NCBI GenBank assembly: GCA_030704615.1
Contig: JAKLZA010000197.1
Location: 1 to 39,000, forward strand
DNA from: Takakia lepidozioides
Taxonomy: Eukaryota; Plantae; Bryophyta
Length of the DNA: 39,000 bases
Reading direction: 5' to 3'
In this document: positions 1-12,600 of the stretch, piece by piece
Layout: every line of letters starts with the position of its first letter
Position numbering within the stretch: position 1 is the stretch's first letter
Notes under the pieces: generated by a model
What the model was told of the DNA's origin: nothing
What the model saw: only the letters and a program-made list of their open reading frames with translations
Database searches by the model: none
Translations under genes and position numbers: made by a program

Positions 1-323
1 CTCTCCGCAAACTTGCTTGGCTGGTTTCCTTTATGGATACACTTCTTGAAGCGTTGCATTGTGTGTTCATCGCAGGTGAGCAAGAGGAGTGGGCTGTCCC
101 CGGCACCATCATTGCAGCAGGACATGGTTCCCTAGGCATGCATTCATGGCTCCTTGCTTTTGCCTGGTTTCTAGTAGGGTTATTTTTTCCAAGAAGTTGT
201 AGTGTGTAGAATTTGAGCAGGGTGTTTGTTAGCTTGCTCTGTGGAGGTGTGTTTATACCATTGCAGCAACCAGAGTTCATGTTATTCTTATCCGTCTAAC
301 TAAACCTCTTTTCGCTGCTGCAG

Positions 324-800
324 TTGAAGACACGTGGGCAGCTTTCCTCGGTTGCCACCCTCAGCGACAAGCCTCGCTTCAAGGTACGTTGGTACACCCC
401 GAATTTGCTGCTGATTCAGTATCGTGGCAACCAAGATTGTTTACATGCCCACGTGCGCTTGACTTTGACCCTGTCATTGCTATGTTTGTTGCTGAGTGGC
501 AGTTGATGTTGGTGTCTGCAGATATCAGATCCTGTGTTTCTCCTGAACCCCAATGACAAGCGGTCAAAGACAGCCGCAGCAAAGGCGGAAGTGGTGGGAA
601 TAGCCGGGGTTGACAAGTTCCACTACAAGGACATTCGTTCCGGGTGGTACAAGGTGAAAGTCCACGAGATCAGGCTTCCAAGTGTTATGTTGCCTTGCCC
701 AAATCTGGACAATGCCCCCCCCCAGACCACACTAGCGCACGTGAAAGACACGGTGACTTGTGGCCAGAGAAGATAATGCGGAAAGGTGAAAGTGTCAAGT
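324..800 (+). pseudogene. 3' exons of a probable CACTA/En-Spm accessory (Tnp1/TnpA-like C-terminal domain) gene remnant
   Basis: Exon 324-383 (after ctgcAG), intron 384-521 (GTacgt..ctgcAG), exon from 522. Spliced product ..KPRFK|ISDPVFLLNPND..AKAEVVGIAGVDKFH..GWYKVKVHEI..MLPCPN resembles the V-x-L..AKG..(F/V)H..YKV.V..LP.P pattern of Tnp1-type domains. Family call by eye only. Confidence 0.4.
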
Positions 801-1262
801 GAGATTTCATGTTTGTAGTCCCTGTTGGGTGTGTAATGATACTCATAGAAGTGTGTATGATACTCATGTTACCAGTTTTAAACATTCGGGCCATGACAGT
901 TTATGTAATGTCCGACAACCATGTATGTTGGCATTTTGTCTTGCTCATGCGCAGGTGTGCCGTGACGGTCTCTTATCTGAATGTGATATCACATTTTCCT
1001 GACTTGTCGTCGTGTCCGTCCACCTTCTATGTGTATGTGTGATGGTCTTTGGTCTCCCTGGACTACGTCTATTTGGTTCATTAGCGTGATGTTGTGCATG
1101 CATCGTGGTCTGTGTTCTGAGTTTCGCCCAGTATCATTGCTTCTCAATTCCCCCTGCATATGGGTGAACCACTAAAACCACTAGAATGCATCAGAACCAT
1201 ACTTTCAGCTTAGAATGCAGGTCATTTGGAGAACTCACACAAACCACTACAAGTGCTTGTTT

Positions 1263-1321
1263 GGGGGGCTGCTATTTCATGAGCGGCATGAGCATGAGCG
1301 GAAAAAAAAAAAGCATGAGCA
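1263..1321 (+). repeat. Left terminal inverted repeat of the MULE, with CATGAGC subrepeats
   Basis: TGCTATTTCATGAGC at 1270-1284 followed by reiterated (GG)CATGAGC units; inverse of 14029-14076. Confidence 0.8.
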
Positions 1322-1492
1322 GACCATTGTGAGTCCACGGAAATAGGGTTAGGAGGCACGGAAATAGGGTCATGTGAAGTTGGAATGTGGCACCAGTGGA
1401 TTTGAAATGCAACATTTTATTGCAAATTTTGTGGCAAGCCACGTCTATACAAGTGTGTTCTAACTGTCATAGCCGGAATGGGCACTACTCTC

Positions 1493-4400
1493 CTATACCC
1501 TCTGAGGAGCTGCCCCCACCTTCTTCCTCATCCCCCTCATCCCCCTCATCCTCCGAGCTCTGTGATGCATCACTAGCCTCTCAAAAATCCCGTCCTCTCC
1601 TTGGGGGACTGTCCACCTCACCTCCGGGGAATCTTCTGCGTCTTCTCCCCCACTTTCCTCAGCAGAATCCAAGACAAATCTACGAGCCCGACGGGCTCTA
1701 ATAGCTGCTGCCTCCTCCCTCATCTTCATTTTCTTGAGGCTTGCCTCGTCTAAAATCTGCTGTACACGACTACGTTCGGAACACCTCCTAATGGACACCG
1801 AAGCAAGTCGGGCAGCATAAGTAGGAATGATGTACTCCCTTTCTGGACTAGGCATGAAATTCCCTGGCAAAAAAAGGCACGTTCCTCCTGCCCATGAACT
1901 CGGTGTAGACGTCCCTCCGGCAGTACTTGGCATCCTACAGTAAGAACAAATCCACTTAAGAATGTCAATACCAGCACAACCAGAAAGGGTTTTCAATGAA
2001 ATAAGAGAGCGAGGGAGGTGCCTCACGAAATCTGGAGGCAACTTACAATGCCACCACTCACTCGTAAACCGGGGGCTCCTCGGCCTCGATCCCAACTTCC
2101 TCCCCCTGCTCCTTCTCGGATTTTTCCTCATCCTCCGAGGATGCCTCTTCCTCTTTCGGCAGACGTTCAGCCGCTGCAAGTTCCGAGTTGTGGAGGGCAG
2201 TATCTGGCTCGAAGGCGAACACATGCCTGTCGGACACGTCCCGGCCCACATTGAAGCACTGAGGAACAAAGCGGGCGGTTAATAGCTTGCGGCATGCAAT
2301 TGCAATGGGCCAGGGGACAAACTGAGCACGTGAAGGCTTACCCGTGCCGCATGTGAGGTCCAGAATCCGCCCTTGGACATCCGAGCACGTCTCCATGAGG
2401 GTTTGGATGAAAGCAGGGCTCCGGGTCCGGCTGTACCGCCACGGTTTGCCTGTCTTTGTGTCCTTCGGCATACTGGAGTGGGGCACATAGTTGTAGAGGA
2501 CATCGTAGGTTACAGGGTCCACAGCGGCATCAACAAGACGACCGTCGTTGCGGAATTTGAAATAGACCCTCTCTTCACAAAGCAATATGCCTCAAACACC
2601 AATGTCTGCACATCCAACAAAGAAGGGATCAACTCCAGGGTCTACTTAACATACACCACAATATGAAGTGAATGCAATAGATTGATAACTTACACTTTGG
2701 CCCTCTGTTCGCAACCCCTGTGTACTGATGCAGAACCATTTTCTGAGGAGGACCGGGGTGACACTTTTCGGTGTCCACCTTGCCACCGCATTCTCTGTGG
2801 TCTTCCCTCTCGTGGCAAGGACAACCACACATCCACCGTCATCCATAAGCATCCCCGCCAGCCAAACCCGGCTTTCCAGTAGTCCTCAGTAAACCTGTTC
2901 CAGGTGGGCACACCATCCAGGCCCTCCAGCAGCTCCCCATCTGGAATGTCGAGGAGAATCATGTCGCAAGCTCTCTCCACCTCAACCCCCCCCCCCGAGT
3001 GCTCTTGCAATCCGTGCTCACAGCCGTGAAGAATTCCATCATGGCTTCAAAACAGGGGTGTCTTTAGGCTCTGTACCGCCAGCCCTCTTCTTGGCTTTCC
3101 CCTTCTGCTCCGCCAGAGACTTGCTGTGTGCCACCTTCTTCGCCCTGGCAGTGAGAGCGTCAAGGAAGCTCTCATTGACGCATTGGATGATGGTTGGAGG
3201 TTCTAGCTTTGGCCTGTGCGTAAACGTCACCGCCGAATACCGCCGTGTAGGCTCGCCCTCAAATGCCAACTTCTTGGCAGAGCCAGTCCCACTCCGAACT
3301 GACTTGGGAACCCGGACGACCGGTGACTGGGTAGGAGCAACAGCAGTCGCAGGACCTGAACAAAGTCGTCGTCCGAGTCACTCTCTTGGGTCCCCTCCTG
3401 CGCCTCCTCCGTGCCCCGATGGTTTTCTTCTTTTGGGTGTTACTGCACTCACCTGTTTCCTTGTCCTTTTCCTTTGGCCTTTACTCTTCTCATGCAATTT
3501 CTCCTGAATTCCTGCCTGAGCAAGCTCTGCCGCTTTCCTGGAGTTCGCAAGCGCTTTTGCCTCTTTTGCACCCAACGGAGGCAGCGGAGCCCGGTTTCGT
3601 CGGAATTCAGCATCCAGCTTCAATTGAAACTCGGATGGGTCGAGCGAGCCGGGCGGAAGGTCCACATACCAAGGGCAATCACGCAAATGTTCCAGATGCC
3701 ACTCCTTCACAATATCGTCAGTGTACATGGAGTCAGCCCCAGGGTTCCTCCATGCCAGGAAGAATGGTGGCTCGAAAGACAGATGACCTTTCTCCAAGGG
3801 AGAACTTGCAGTACCTGCATTCATGAAAAACACAATGAGGTCCCTGAAATGCATATTTGGCACCATTTTCCCAGGTTGGGCGGATGTGAGTGGGCCTAGA
3901 AATGGAAAAATGGCGCCGAATTTCGGTTTTCGGATGCCACCCTAGGGACTTAGCATCTTGAGAGCCCTGAACTGGAAATTCGGCGCCATTTTTCCCGGTT
4001 TGGCCCGAAGATGGCTAAGTCCCAGAACGGCAATAGGGCCTAGAACTGGAAAAAATGGCGCCGAATTTCCAGTTCAGGGCCAGCCACCCTAGGGACTTAG
4101 CCCGAAAATGGCTAAGTCCCTGAACGGTAATAGGGCCTAGAACTGGAAAATGGCGCCGAATTTCCAGTTCCGGGCCCACCACCCTAGGGATTAGCCCGAA
4201 AATGGCTAAGTCCCTGAACGGCAATAGGGCCTACAACTGGAAATGGCGCCGAATTTCACTTCGGGGCCAGCCACCCTAGGGACTTACCCCAAAAATGGCT
4301 AAGTCCCTGAACGGCAATAGGGCCTGGAACTGGAAAATGGCGCCGAATTTCCAGTTCGGGCAGCCAGGTCTAGTGACTTAGCCCGAAAATGGCTAAGTCC

Positions 4401-7302
4401 CTGAACGCAATAGGCCTACAACTGGAAAATGGCGCCGAATTTCACTTTGGGGCCAGCACCTAGGGACTTAGCCCGAAAATGGCTAAGTCCCTGAACGGCA
4501 ATAGGGCCTGGAATGGAAAATGGCGCCGAATTTCTGTCAGGGCCAGCCAGTCTAGGGACTTAGCCATTTTCAGAGCCCTGACTGGAAATTCAGCGCCATT
4601 TTTCCCTAACACCACATGAGGCTTCTAACATCCTGAAATGCAAGGACTTCAAAGAAAGGCAGCGCGTATGTACCTGTACAGAAGGCGCATTGCTGCTTGT
4701 CCGCGTTCGGCTGGTTGGTGAACTCGTGGCTCCGGCGAGCATCTGCTATCTCCCGAAAAGAATAGGTTGTTTTGTAGAGCAGAAAGTACCTCGTCACATA
4801 GTCATGTAGGCTCTCTGCTGCAGGAGATATCTCCATCTTGAACTGATGTGCTTGTGTGTCCAGCTGCTCTTGCGCATTCGTCGTCACCTGTGGAGATTCT
4901 CCATCAGATCGCTTTCCTTCAAAAATACAATGAATCCACCCCCTACTAGAGTAGAAGCCCAAACGAAGCGTGGGGAAGTACCTGAAACCACCATGTCATG
5001 CGGTTCATCCACATGTCGAATGTGGGTCAGAGAGTTTGTCCGGTTTGGGGAAGCTCCACATGTCCCTGGTACTTTGGGAACCATTCCAGATTTGGAGCCA
5101 CGGGGTCTGTCCAACCACCCAGCATATCGTAAGCGCCAAACACCACAAAAAGGAGTTGTTGCCACCACAATTTGGTTAAGAATGTATCACCTTTTCTGTT
5201 GCATCCACATAGGATGTGGCTAGACGATGGAGCTTCTCCAATGTCATCGTGGGCTTCAGAGCGCGAGAGTAGTGCTTCCCCACCTCCACCAGAAAGTCGG
5301 CACCAAGGGCGGGATCAGCTATGGCCACGTACTTTACCATCCGCGACTTGTACTTTATGCGGGCCCTCACCTCCGCAGCTTGACATACGATTGAGTTCCG
5401 GGAGGGTTGGATCTTCTCCTCTGACTCCATGTAGAACCTCCGCGCATGTGCCAACTCTGCTGTATTTTTCGTCTGTCAAGAATGCGCACATAAGATTAGA
5501 GATCCTGCTCAACACAATTTCTTCTATTTTCTTCTTCTATTGGGGGAGGAGAGACAGATTAGCTCAACAAAACTGTCAGGAGCTTTACCCGAAATATGTA
5601 GTCCACCATGGCGTCGACGCTCAGCCTATACCAGGTTCTGTCTGCCTTTGCCTCCGACTTGCGCAGGAGGTCGGCACTGAGGGAATTGGCAAACTCTTGC
5701 ACCCCCTGCTTCCCGACATCCTTCACTCGGAAGAGCATATGGGACAAGTTGGTGGCAATGAAGGCATTCTCAGTCACCCTGCAGTGCCACATTTCCATCA
5801 AACAATACTGAAATGGGAATTTTCATCATATATGAGGATTCGCAATGAAATGACTTCCAAATTCAAAGTCCAAAAGCGAGAGGGGTTGTAGCTTACGAGT
5901 TGATGTCGGCCATTGCAGCTTTGAGAAGACTGCGATCTTTGGGCCCCGCAACCTTCAGCACAACACAATCCACGGCGAAATGCCAATCGAGGTCGTTGGG
6001 GTGGGCTTGGGCAATGTGCTCCATCCATGCCAGGAGGCGATGATTGCCGTCCCACACGTAGAACATCTTACCGGACAAGTGCTGGAAAAGAGGATCACTA
6101 GCAATCGATCTCTCGAACTCCTCATTTCGCGTTTGCCAATGGGGACCCCATTTGTCCACCTCATCGGAAGTGTGGGCACGGGAAGCTCCGTGGTCGTTCT
6201 CAATGGAAACGTAAAACGCGGCAGACCCCATTCGATATCCATCCCGGAAAGAGAATTTCAGCTTGTCGATATCGCCTGGGAGGGCAGGTCTCACCACCTG
6301 CAATGACACCAAGCGGCAAAGGGGAATTCGAAGCTTGGCCGGGTACACCATGCCCCCCAGCACCCTGCCAATGTTGCTGTGGGTTGCCTCCAACATCTTG
6401 GCAGCGGCCAACTTCATATCCGCCTCAGACATGACGTCTGCTGCAGAGGGGTTTTCCGGCAGCCCACCAGGACCGCCAAATCCAGCCTGTATGCTCCGGG
6501 TTTGGGGCCTGGGGATGTCCGGGAGGATGTCATCCTGGTCAGAAAGCTCCCTGTCGTCCTCCTCAACAGGGTCAGCCACCTGCGAAACCACCTCCAGCAC
6601 TCTCCCCGTCTCTACTGCCCTCTCCCTGGCTTCACCTCGAACTTGCACAATCCGTGCTCTTTCAGGTGTTCTTTCCTCTCCTCCACTCTCCACCGTATGG
6701 GTAATTGCGGGGGCTGCTCTTGCCCGCGATGGTCTAACCGGTGTGTTACTGCCTCTCTGTGGTGTCTTGGAGGGATCCACCGTCTCTGTGCGTCCCTCGC
6801 TTACATTGGCATCTGTCATTTGGGCACCCCTGGCCTCTTCAGCTGCCTTTTCTCTTTCCTCCTGGCTAGCATTCTGTCTCGTCTGTTCTTTTGCCCTCTC
6901 ACGGGCTTTCTGTTTCTTACTAGGGCTAGCAGCAGGGGAGCCCCTCCAGGACGACCACCTTTGATTGAGGCGAACTGACACCCTCGCGCGCACTGCTCAC
7001 TCCCCCTCCGCAGCCCGTGACGGCCTCTCCGCCGGGGATTGCATGTGCTTAGCTTTCTTCTTTTTCTTTGCGTGGGCGGGCCCTACTGCATGTGCATGAA
7101 CAACCTCCATTGCCGGATCTGCTGTCCTCATGTCCTCACGCCCTTCACCTGCCATGCCGCCTGCACCAACCTCCCCAATGCCTATTCTGTCGTACTCTCG
7201 TTGCAAGTCCTCCCGTCCACCAACAAAAGGTTTAAGTTTGCCCTCTCGCCCCAAGTTGGGCGATTCAAACATGCGATGAGTTGGAGCTGTCGATGATACC
7301 AC
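1493..7302 (-). CDS. Multi-exon MULE cargo gene: disordered N-terminus, ParB/Srx-like domain, helical region, beta-class amino-DNA-methyltransferase-like domain, acidic/charged tail (frameshifted in this copy)
   Basis: Clean GT-AG introns at 5896-5779 (..DINS|VTENAF) and 5588-5473 (..YIFR|TKNTAEL). Further probable introns near 4981-4888, ~4674-3815 (contains the repeat array), ~2692-2608 and from ~2341. ORF pieces: 6997-7302, 5893-6993, 5559-5801, 5176-5454, 4606-4962, 3378-3866, 3039-3269, 2690-3010, 2646-2852, 2058-2585, 1493-2269. That all pieces form one gene is inference; start and end are approximate. Confidence 0.7.
2200..2970 (-). other. N4-cytosine/N6-adenine DNA methyltransferase-like domain (permuted beta order: motif IV, TRD, motifs X-I-II)
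   Basis: Motif IV-like CDMILLDIPDG..PTWN (DIPDG at 2950-2936), then MLMDDGGCVVVL (cf. LLKPGGxLxV). Then RTRSPAFIQTLMETCSDVQGRILDLTCGTG (cf. KPxxLLxxLIxxxSxxGDxVLDPFxGSG; LDLTCGTG near 2340-2363) and RHVFAFEPD (cf. RxFIGxExD). Confidence 0.7.
3890..4605. repeat. Intronic tandem array, ~94-bp unit x ~6 plus inverted partial units
   Basis: ATGGCTAAGTCCC recurs at 4011, 4108, 4202, 4295, 4389, 4479. Units hold the hairpin GGGACTTAGCC-cgaaaat-GGCTAAGTCCC and AACTGGAAAATGGCGCCGAATTTCCAGTT. Inverted motif copies at ~3970-3995 and ~4580-4605. Confidence 0.95.
5897..6400 (-). other. ParB/Sulfiredoxin-like N-terminal domain within the cargo gene
   Basis: LRIPLCRLVSLQVVRPALPGDIDKLKFSFRDGY (cf. ParB IPLxxI..PR...LxELxxSIxxxG) and FYVWDGNHRLLAW (DGNHR at 6051-6037; cf. 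IIDG(H/E/N)(R/H)RxxA). Confidence 0.8.
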
Positions 7303-8049
7303 CAGCGTGCCGGGCTCGTCGTCACTCTGTCATTGACAAAAATCGTGAAAACCAACATCGGTGCAAAAACCAGCATCGCAACGAGCAGCGCAACCACCAT
7401 AGCAACAATCGTGTAGCAAAAATGAAAACATAACAAGTTTAGGAAGTATGGAGAGCCATGCAACAACAATGAAAACAAATGCAACCATTGCCTGAGAATG
7501 ACATGCACAAGCAGCCTTCTCCAGAGCTGCCGGATTTGCACACGCATTGCAAACAATCTAAGGTTCACTCAACTATCTAAAGTTCACTCATCCAGCGAAG
7601 CCAGGATGAAGATGCAAAAACAAAGCGAGGTAACAAAGCGAAAGCAAAAAAGAAATCGAACAAACCGAAAGCAGAAGTGGCTTGCCTGAGAGTACTCGGC
7701 TTCAGTTGGCGCGGGTTGTGAGCAAGACACTGGAATCTCCTGCTGGAGCTTCAGTTTGGCCATGCGAGATTGGCCGTCGTCCGTAGTACAGAGCTTTCAA
7801 CTTCCGCCGCGGTCTGGATGTGTGGTCTCTCTCAGGAGAGCCACGCCCTTCAGGCGGCATAAGTCCCAGCCAAAAAGATCTCCGTTTTTGGGGTACATGC
7901 CTCGAATAGCATGTTAAGCCAAGATTAGCATGAGATTTAGGGTACGTATCCAGGAAGCCATGTCGCCAGCCCGAATGAAAACCGACGGCGGGGACATTTA
8001 TTGCCCTGCGCAATTAAATGTCGGATGAAGCCCTCCATGTCGGATGAAA

Positions 8050-9440
8050 ATCGACGTAAAAGGCCCGGAATTTCCAACGTAGAGGTAATTCGGAGCGGCA
8101 CGATGGAATTCCGGCGCCGGATTTCCATCCTGCAGGTAATTCGGAGCGCAGCAGGATGGAAATTCCGCGCCGAATTTCCATCCGCAGGAGGGCGGCGCTG
8201 AAATTTCCCTCACGCAGGTAATTCCGCCGGATTTCCATCCGCGGTAGATTTCCCTCACGCATAATTCAGAAGCGGATGGATGGAAATCGGCGCCGGATTT
8301 CCATCCGCGCAGGTAGGGCGGCGCTGCAGGGCGCCGGATTTCCATTAAATTTCCCGCAGGTAATTCTGGAAATCCGGCGCCGGGGGGATGGATGGAAATC
8401 CGGCCGGCCGGCCAGGCGGCGGAGCAGGCCCCGGCGCCGAATTTCCATCCTGCAGGGCGGCGCCGAATTTGCAGGGAAAATCAATTTCCATCCGCAGGAA
8501 TGGATGGGGCGCCGATTTCCATCCAGCAGGTAAAATGGGCGGTAGCGCAGGGGCAGGTAATTCGATTGGCTGGAATTACCTGCAGGAAGGTAATTCTGAA
8601 GGTGATGGAAATTCGGCGCCGATTTCCATCCATCCGGGAATTCGGCGCCGAATGCGGGGATGGAATTCGGCTTTCCATCCATTGGATGGAAATAATCCAT
8701 CCGGGCTGGAAATTCGGCGCCGATTTCCATCCCCCGCTGATGGAAATTCGGCGCCGAATTTCCATCCGGGATGGTCTCTGTCGGAGAGGTGCCGGCCTCT
8801 CCGCCGCTCTGTTGGATATTCGGTGCCGAATTTCCGTCCGGGGTTGAAATATGACGGCCAGGTGCCGACCTCTCCCCCTCCCGACTGCATTGGAACGGCC
8901 CCGGATTGAAATTCGGCGCCGTTTTCCCATCTGGGGAGGTTTTTATGTCGGCCAGTTTTCGGTCTGACCCCCCACACTTCCTTTGGGGGGCCCGGATGGA
9001 AATTCGGCGCCGAATCTCCATCCAGGGGATGTTCTCTGTCGACACGTGCCGGCCTCTACGCCCGAGGCGACTTCATCCGGGCGTCCCCTGTTCGATATTC
9101 GGTGCCGAATTTCCGTCCGGGGGTTGAAATGTGACGGCCAAGTGCCGGCCTCTCCCCCTCCCCGACTGCATCCGAACCGCCCCGGATGGAAATTCGGCGC
9201 CGTTTTTCCATCTGGGGATGTTTTTATGCCGGCCAGTTTTCGGCCTGACCCCCCGACACGACTTCCTTTGGGGGGCCGGATGGAAATTCGGCGCCGAATC
9301 TCCATCCAGGGGATGTTCTCTGTCGCACACGCGCCGGCCTCTGCGCCCGAGGCGACTTCATCCGGGCTTCCCCTGTTGGATATTGGGTGCCGAATTTCCA
9401 TTCGGGGGTAGTAATGTGACGGCACGGTGCCGGCTTCTCC
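8050..9440. repeat. Palindrome-rich array between the divergent cargo and transposase genes (probable bidirectional promoter region)
   Basis: Many variants of GGATGGAAATTCGGCGCCGAATTTCCATCC; perfect 28-bp palindrome at 8739-8766. The right part is a ~282-bp higher-order repeat (GATATT(C/G)GGTGCCGAATTTCC near 8815, 9095, 9379). Confidence 0.95.
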
Positions 9441-9688
9441 CCTTCAGCCGTCATCATCCGGACGGCCCCCACTTTCTGACTGCATACCGTTGGCAGTTAT
9501 TGCGCAAAGACCAGGGCCGCATTCCGGAGACAAGGTTCATTAACACTCTGACTGTGGATTTTTGAGATAGTTGGCTCCCTGGATTTGGATCAGGCTTCGT
9601 CGCTCGGACAAATCGGCATCGCATTCATTCCCATCGCTGCATCCCCCTTCTACCAGGGAGCTTCCCCGCACGCCATCCTGGCAGTCTT

Positions 9689-12600
9689 GTGTGCACATCT
9701 CCCATGGCGGAAAACCCGAGCGCTACAGTGTACTGCCCTCCTCACGAGCATAGAGCTTCATTTCCGTGCAGAGGGGACATCTGCCGGGTGATGGAGAAAT
9801 ATCTGTGCGTTCGATACCACCTGAAACCGGGGTCGGTTTTTTTGGAGGAGGAAAGGAAGGACTCAAACGGCCTTGTTGTCGAGAGTATTGTTGTGCTCCA
9901 CGATGATTTCGGCGATGGCAGGGAATGGCGAGTTCCACCATCGGACAGCGTCATATACAGGGCTGTTGGGGACTTCATTTGCCCGCCAAATGCACCTTCT
10001 ATCCTGGCGCCTTCCACGAAACAATCCGCGAATCAGAGAGTGGCTACCTCAAAGAGAGAAGTCCGCAACGAAGTAAATCCAGAGCCGAACCCATCCATGA
10101 AGACGAGCGAGAACCGGGTTGTTCACAACCTGTCCGACTCAGACGAGGTCATGGAAGTTCCGAGGTCGTCCTGGAGATCAGGCAAGTCCTCAATGGACGT
10201 CAGTGGAGGAGGGAGTCATATTCCCAGCACGAGCACCGCAGTTCGATCTATTCTTGAAATTCTGCGAGGGCTTCACCTGGAGGGACACCGGTCGAGCTGG
10301 CCGGGCTGGACTACAGCAAGTTTGCAATTAAATCGGTTACATGCCTTCCCGCCGACGTCGACGGTAATATCTTCTTTGAGTTCCCTCCTCGGGCGGACTA
10401 CTCGAGGGCGTCCGGAATGTTGACAGATATGGATAGAAAACATGACGGTCATCCTTGGTGCGTTACCAAAACCACCAGCATGAAGATGCTCGATGGTGTG
10501 CGGGTGCGCTACGTTGTTTGTGCGGGCGCGTTGCGGTGTTTCTCCCCAACTTGCTTCCACTTTAAATCCAGAGGTCACAGGAACGAGACCGATTGGACAG
10601 GCACAGCTCATCAACCATTTCGAGCTCAGGAGAAGGTTCCGAACTCCACATTTAAGTGTGCGCATTGCAAAGAACCACCACACTGCATGTCTGTTTGTAA
10701 TGCCAAGCAGTTCTATGTGTTGCACCGTTTCCCTGACCTCACCCGAGCTTGCATACACGTTGGTTCCCATTGTCACAAATTGGCGAGGGGGAACTCGCGG
10801 GAGGCTGCCCACGAAGCAGAGCAGCTCGTTCAGGAGGAGGTTAAGTTGAGACCGGGTGCCAAACCCAAACAGATACAGCTCCAAGCCGCCCATAAGATGG
10901 CATTGGCCAGAATTATGTCGGAAGACGGCTCCGATAGAGTTCCTCTCGACGAGAAGGAAATGGAGGCATTGCTGGAGTCGGTGTCCCACGTATTCACCGA
11001 ATGTCCGAAACCACATTGTCTCATGCAAACAGAAAATTGGGCGTGGCTCGGATATGCACTCCATTCTGGAGGTGAAGCGACGATGTGGATATGACTACAT
11101 TCATGGAAGTAGGTTTCCAGGACAAGGGACTGAGGCAGATCGTTGTTTCGTATTCAAAATGTCCACGTGTGGACCTGGCAGCGGCGTCGAACTGGTCGAC
11201 AGGATGACGAGTGGGAACTTGTCAAACAGTTGGGTCATGTTCGACCATATCAAGCGAATTACAAATCACCAGTGGGTGACAATGGGTGCACATGTCTACG
11301 ACACCCACTGCAGGATGCTAATGACAATTGCTATTTGTGAGATGAAAGGAGAGGACACACAATCGGAGATGCTTCTTTGGCAGGGAATAAACGAACAGAT
11401 GGCCAAGGCGGGATTGCCCCCTCCCAATTTCCGTGGTTTCATGGCGGACAACGCACAAGCAAATTGGGCTGCCATCCGAAGGGTGTACGGGCAAGACCCC
11501 AATGTTCCCATGGAAGGCAAGGAGAGATCTTGTGGGTTCCATTTTCTGCAGAGCCTTTCGCAGTACACAACCAGGCGTGGCGCCAGATTTCAGAGAGGAG
11601 CACCGTTCCATGTGCCTTGCGTGGAAGCGCGCTCCCACCTTGGATGATGCAGAGACACAGTTTGCATGCATACGGGCTTGGTGGACATCGTCAGGTGCTG
11701 TAAGGAAATCAGACGAGGAGCAATGGTCAGTTGGCTAGCATGGTGGCATTATCGTTTCCTCCAGTTCGGCGACTATATGCGGGAGGTGAGTTGCACGAAT
11801 TCGCGTCCCGTTGAATATTATTCTTGGCCATATTTGTAACTTGCTTGTAACCTGAACATGTGCTTGTGCAGGAAATGTGTCTCGACTCCGACACCGACAT
11901 GCCCACGACAAACATGGCCGAATCAGTGCACTCTTCCTGGCGTGCCTCCTCTGCGGCGCATCTGGTGGACATCCTCACTGCCACAACGGAGGACATTGTG
12001 AGGTCAATTATGCAGCAATGCAGGTACAACGAGTTCTTGAAAGGGAAACAGTGGGGCTTGGGGCCGGACAGGCAGGAAATGCTGATGCGGACTGCCTCTA
12101 GATCGAAGAATCCTCGAAGTGGGCGGCGGCCTTGCGAGAGGGCCTTCGGGACACGCCATTGCTGCGAAGAGGCCAACATTTGGAAGGAGATGTTCATACC
12201 CGTCCAGTGAGACGAAGACTTGACGAGGCACCTGGCGGAGAAGAGGATTCATGGCGAGCTGACAAGAATATTCGCACGCTCCCTCGTGGTCCGGTGATGT
12301 TGCCCGAGGAGGTCTCGTCGAGCACCGCAAGTCCTGCACGTTCAAGATCGCCATCTCCTTTGAGCACAGGGCGCGTGCCCCGGCAACATAACGAGCCATC
12401 TGTAGTAAAGCAGTACAACATTCCCATTGTGGAGACAAGAGTGTCGGAGTCACAGTGGAGAATTGCGAGGACATTGCCGGCATTTCGAGGGAAGTGCTGC
12501 GCCATCCGGGTGGATACGAGAGCACGCTGTGGTGAGATGATTCGGAGGAACCCACACGGTGCTGTACCTTGCGGCAGATTTTTGACTCCCACATTTGCTC

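Noticed and set aside
3890-4605. CRISPR-like appearance (regular palindromic repeats)
   Set aside because: Intervening sequences are near-identical rather than unique spacers, there are no cas genes, and the context is a eukaryotic intron.
6263-6978. Long + strand ORFs (233 and 199 aa)
   Set aside because: Antisense shadows of the - strand ParB exon; no independent motifs.
1493-7302. Bacterial or prophage contamination as the source of the ParB and MTase motifs
   Set aside because: The gene has GT-AG introns conserved in a second copy and lies within eukaryotic TIRs among plant TEs.
7937-9565. Many overlapping ORFs on both strands (MEIRRR.., GWKFGAEF..)
   Set aside because: Translations of a GC-rich palindromic repeat; the same peptides appear on both strands.
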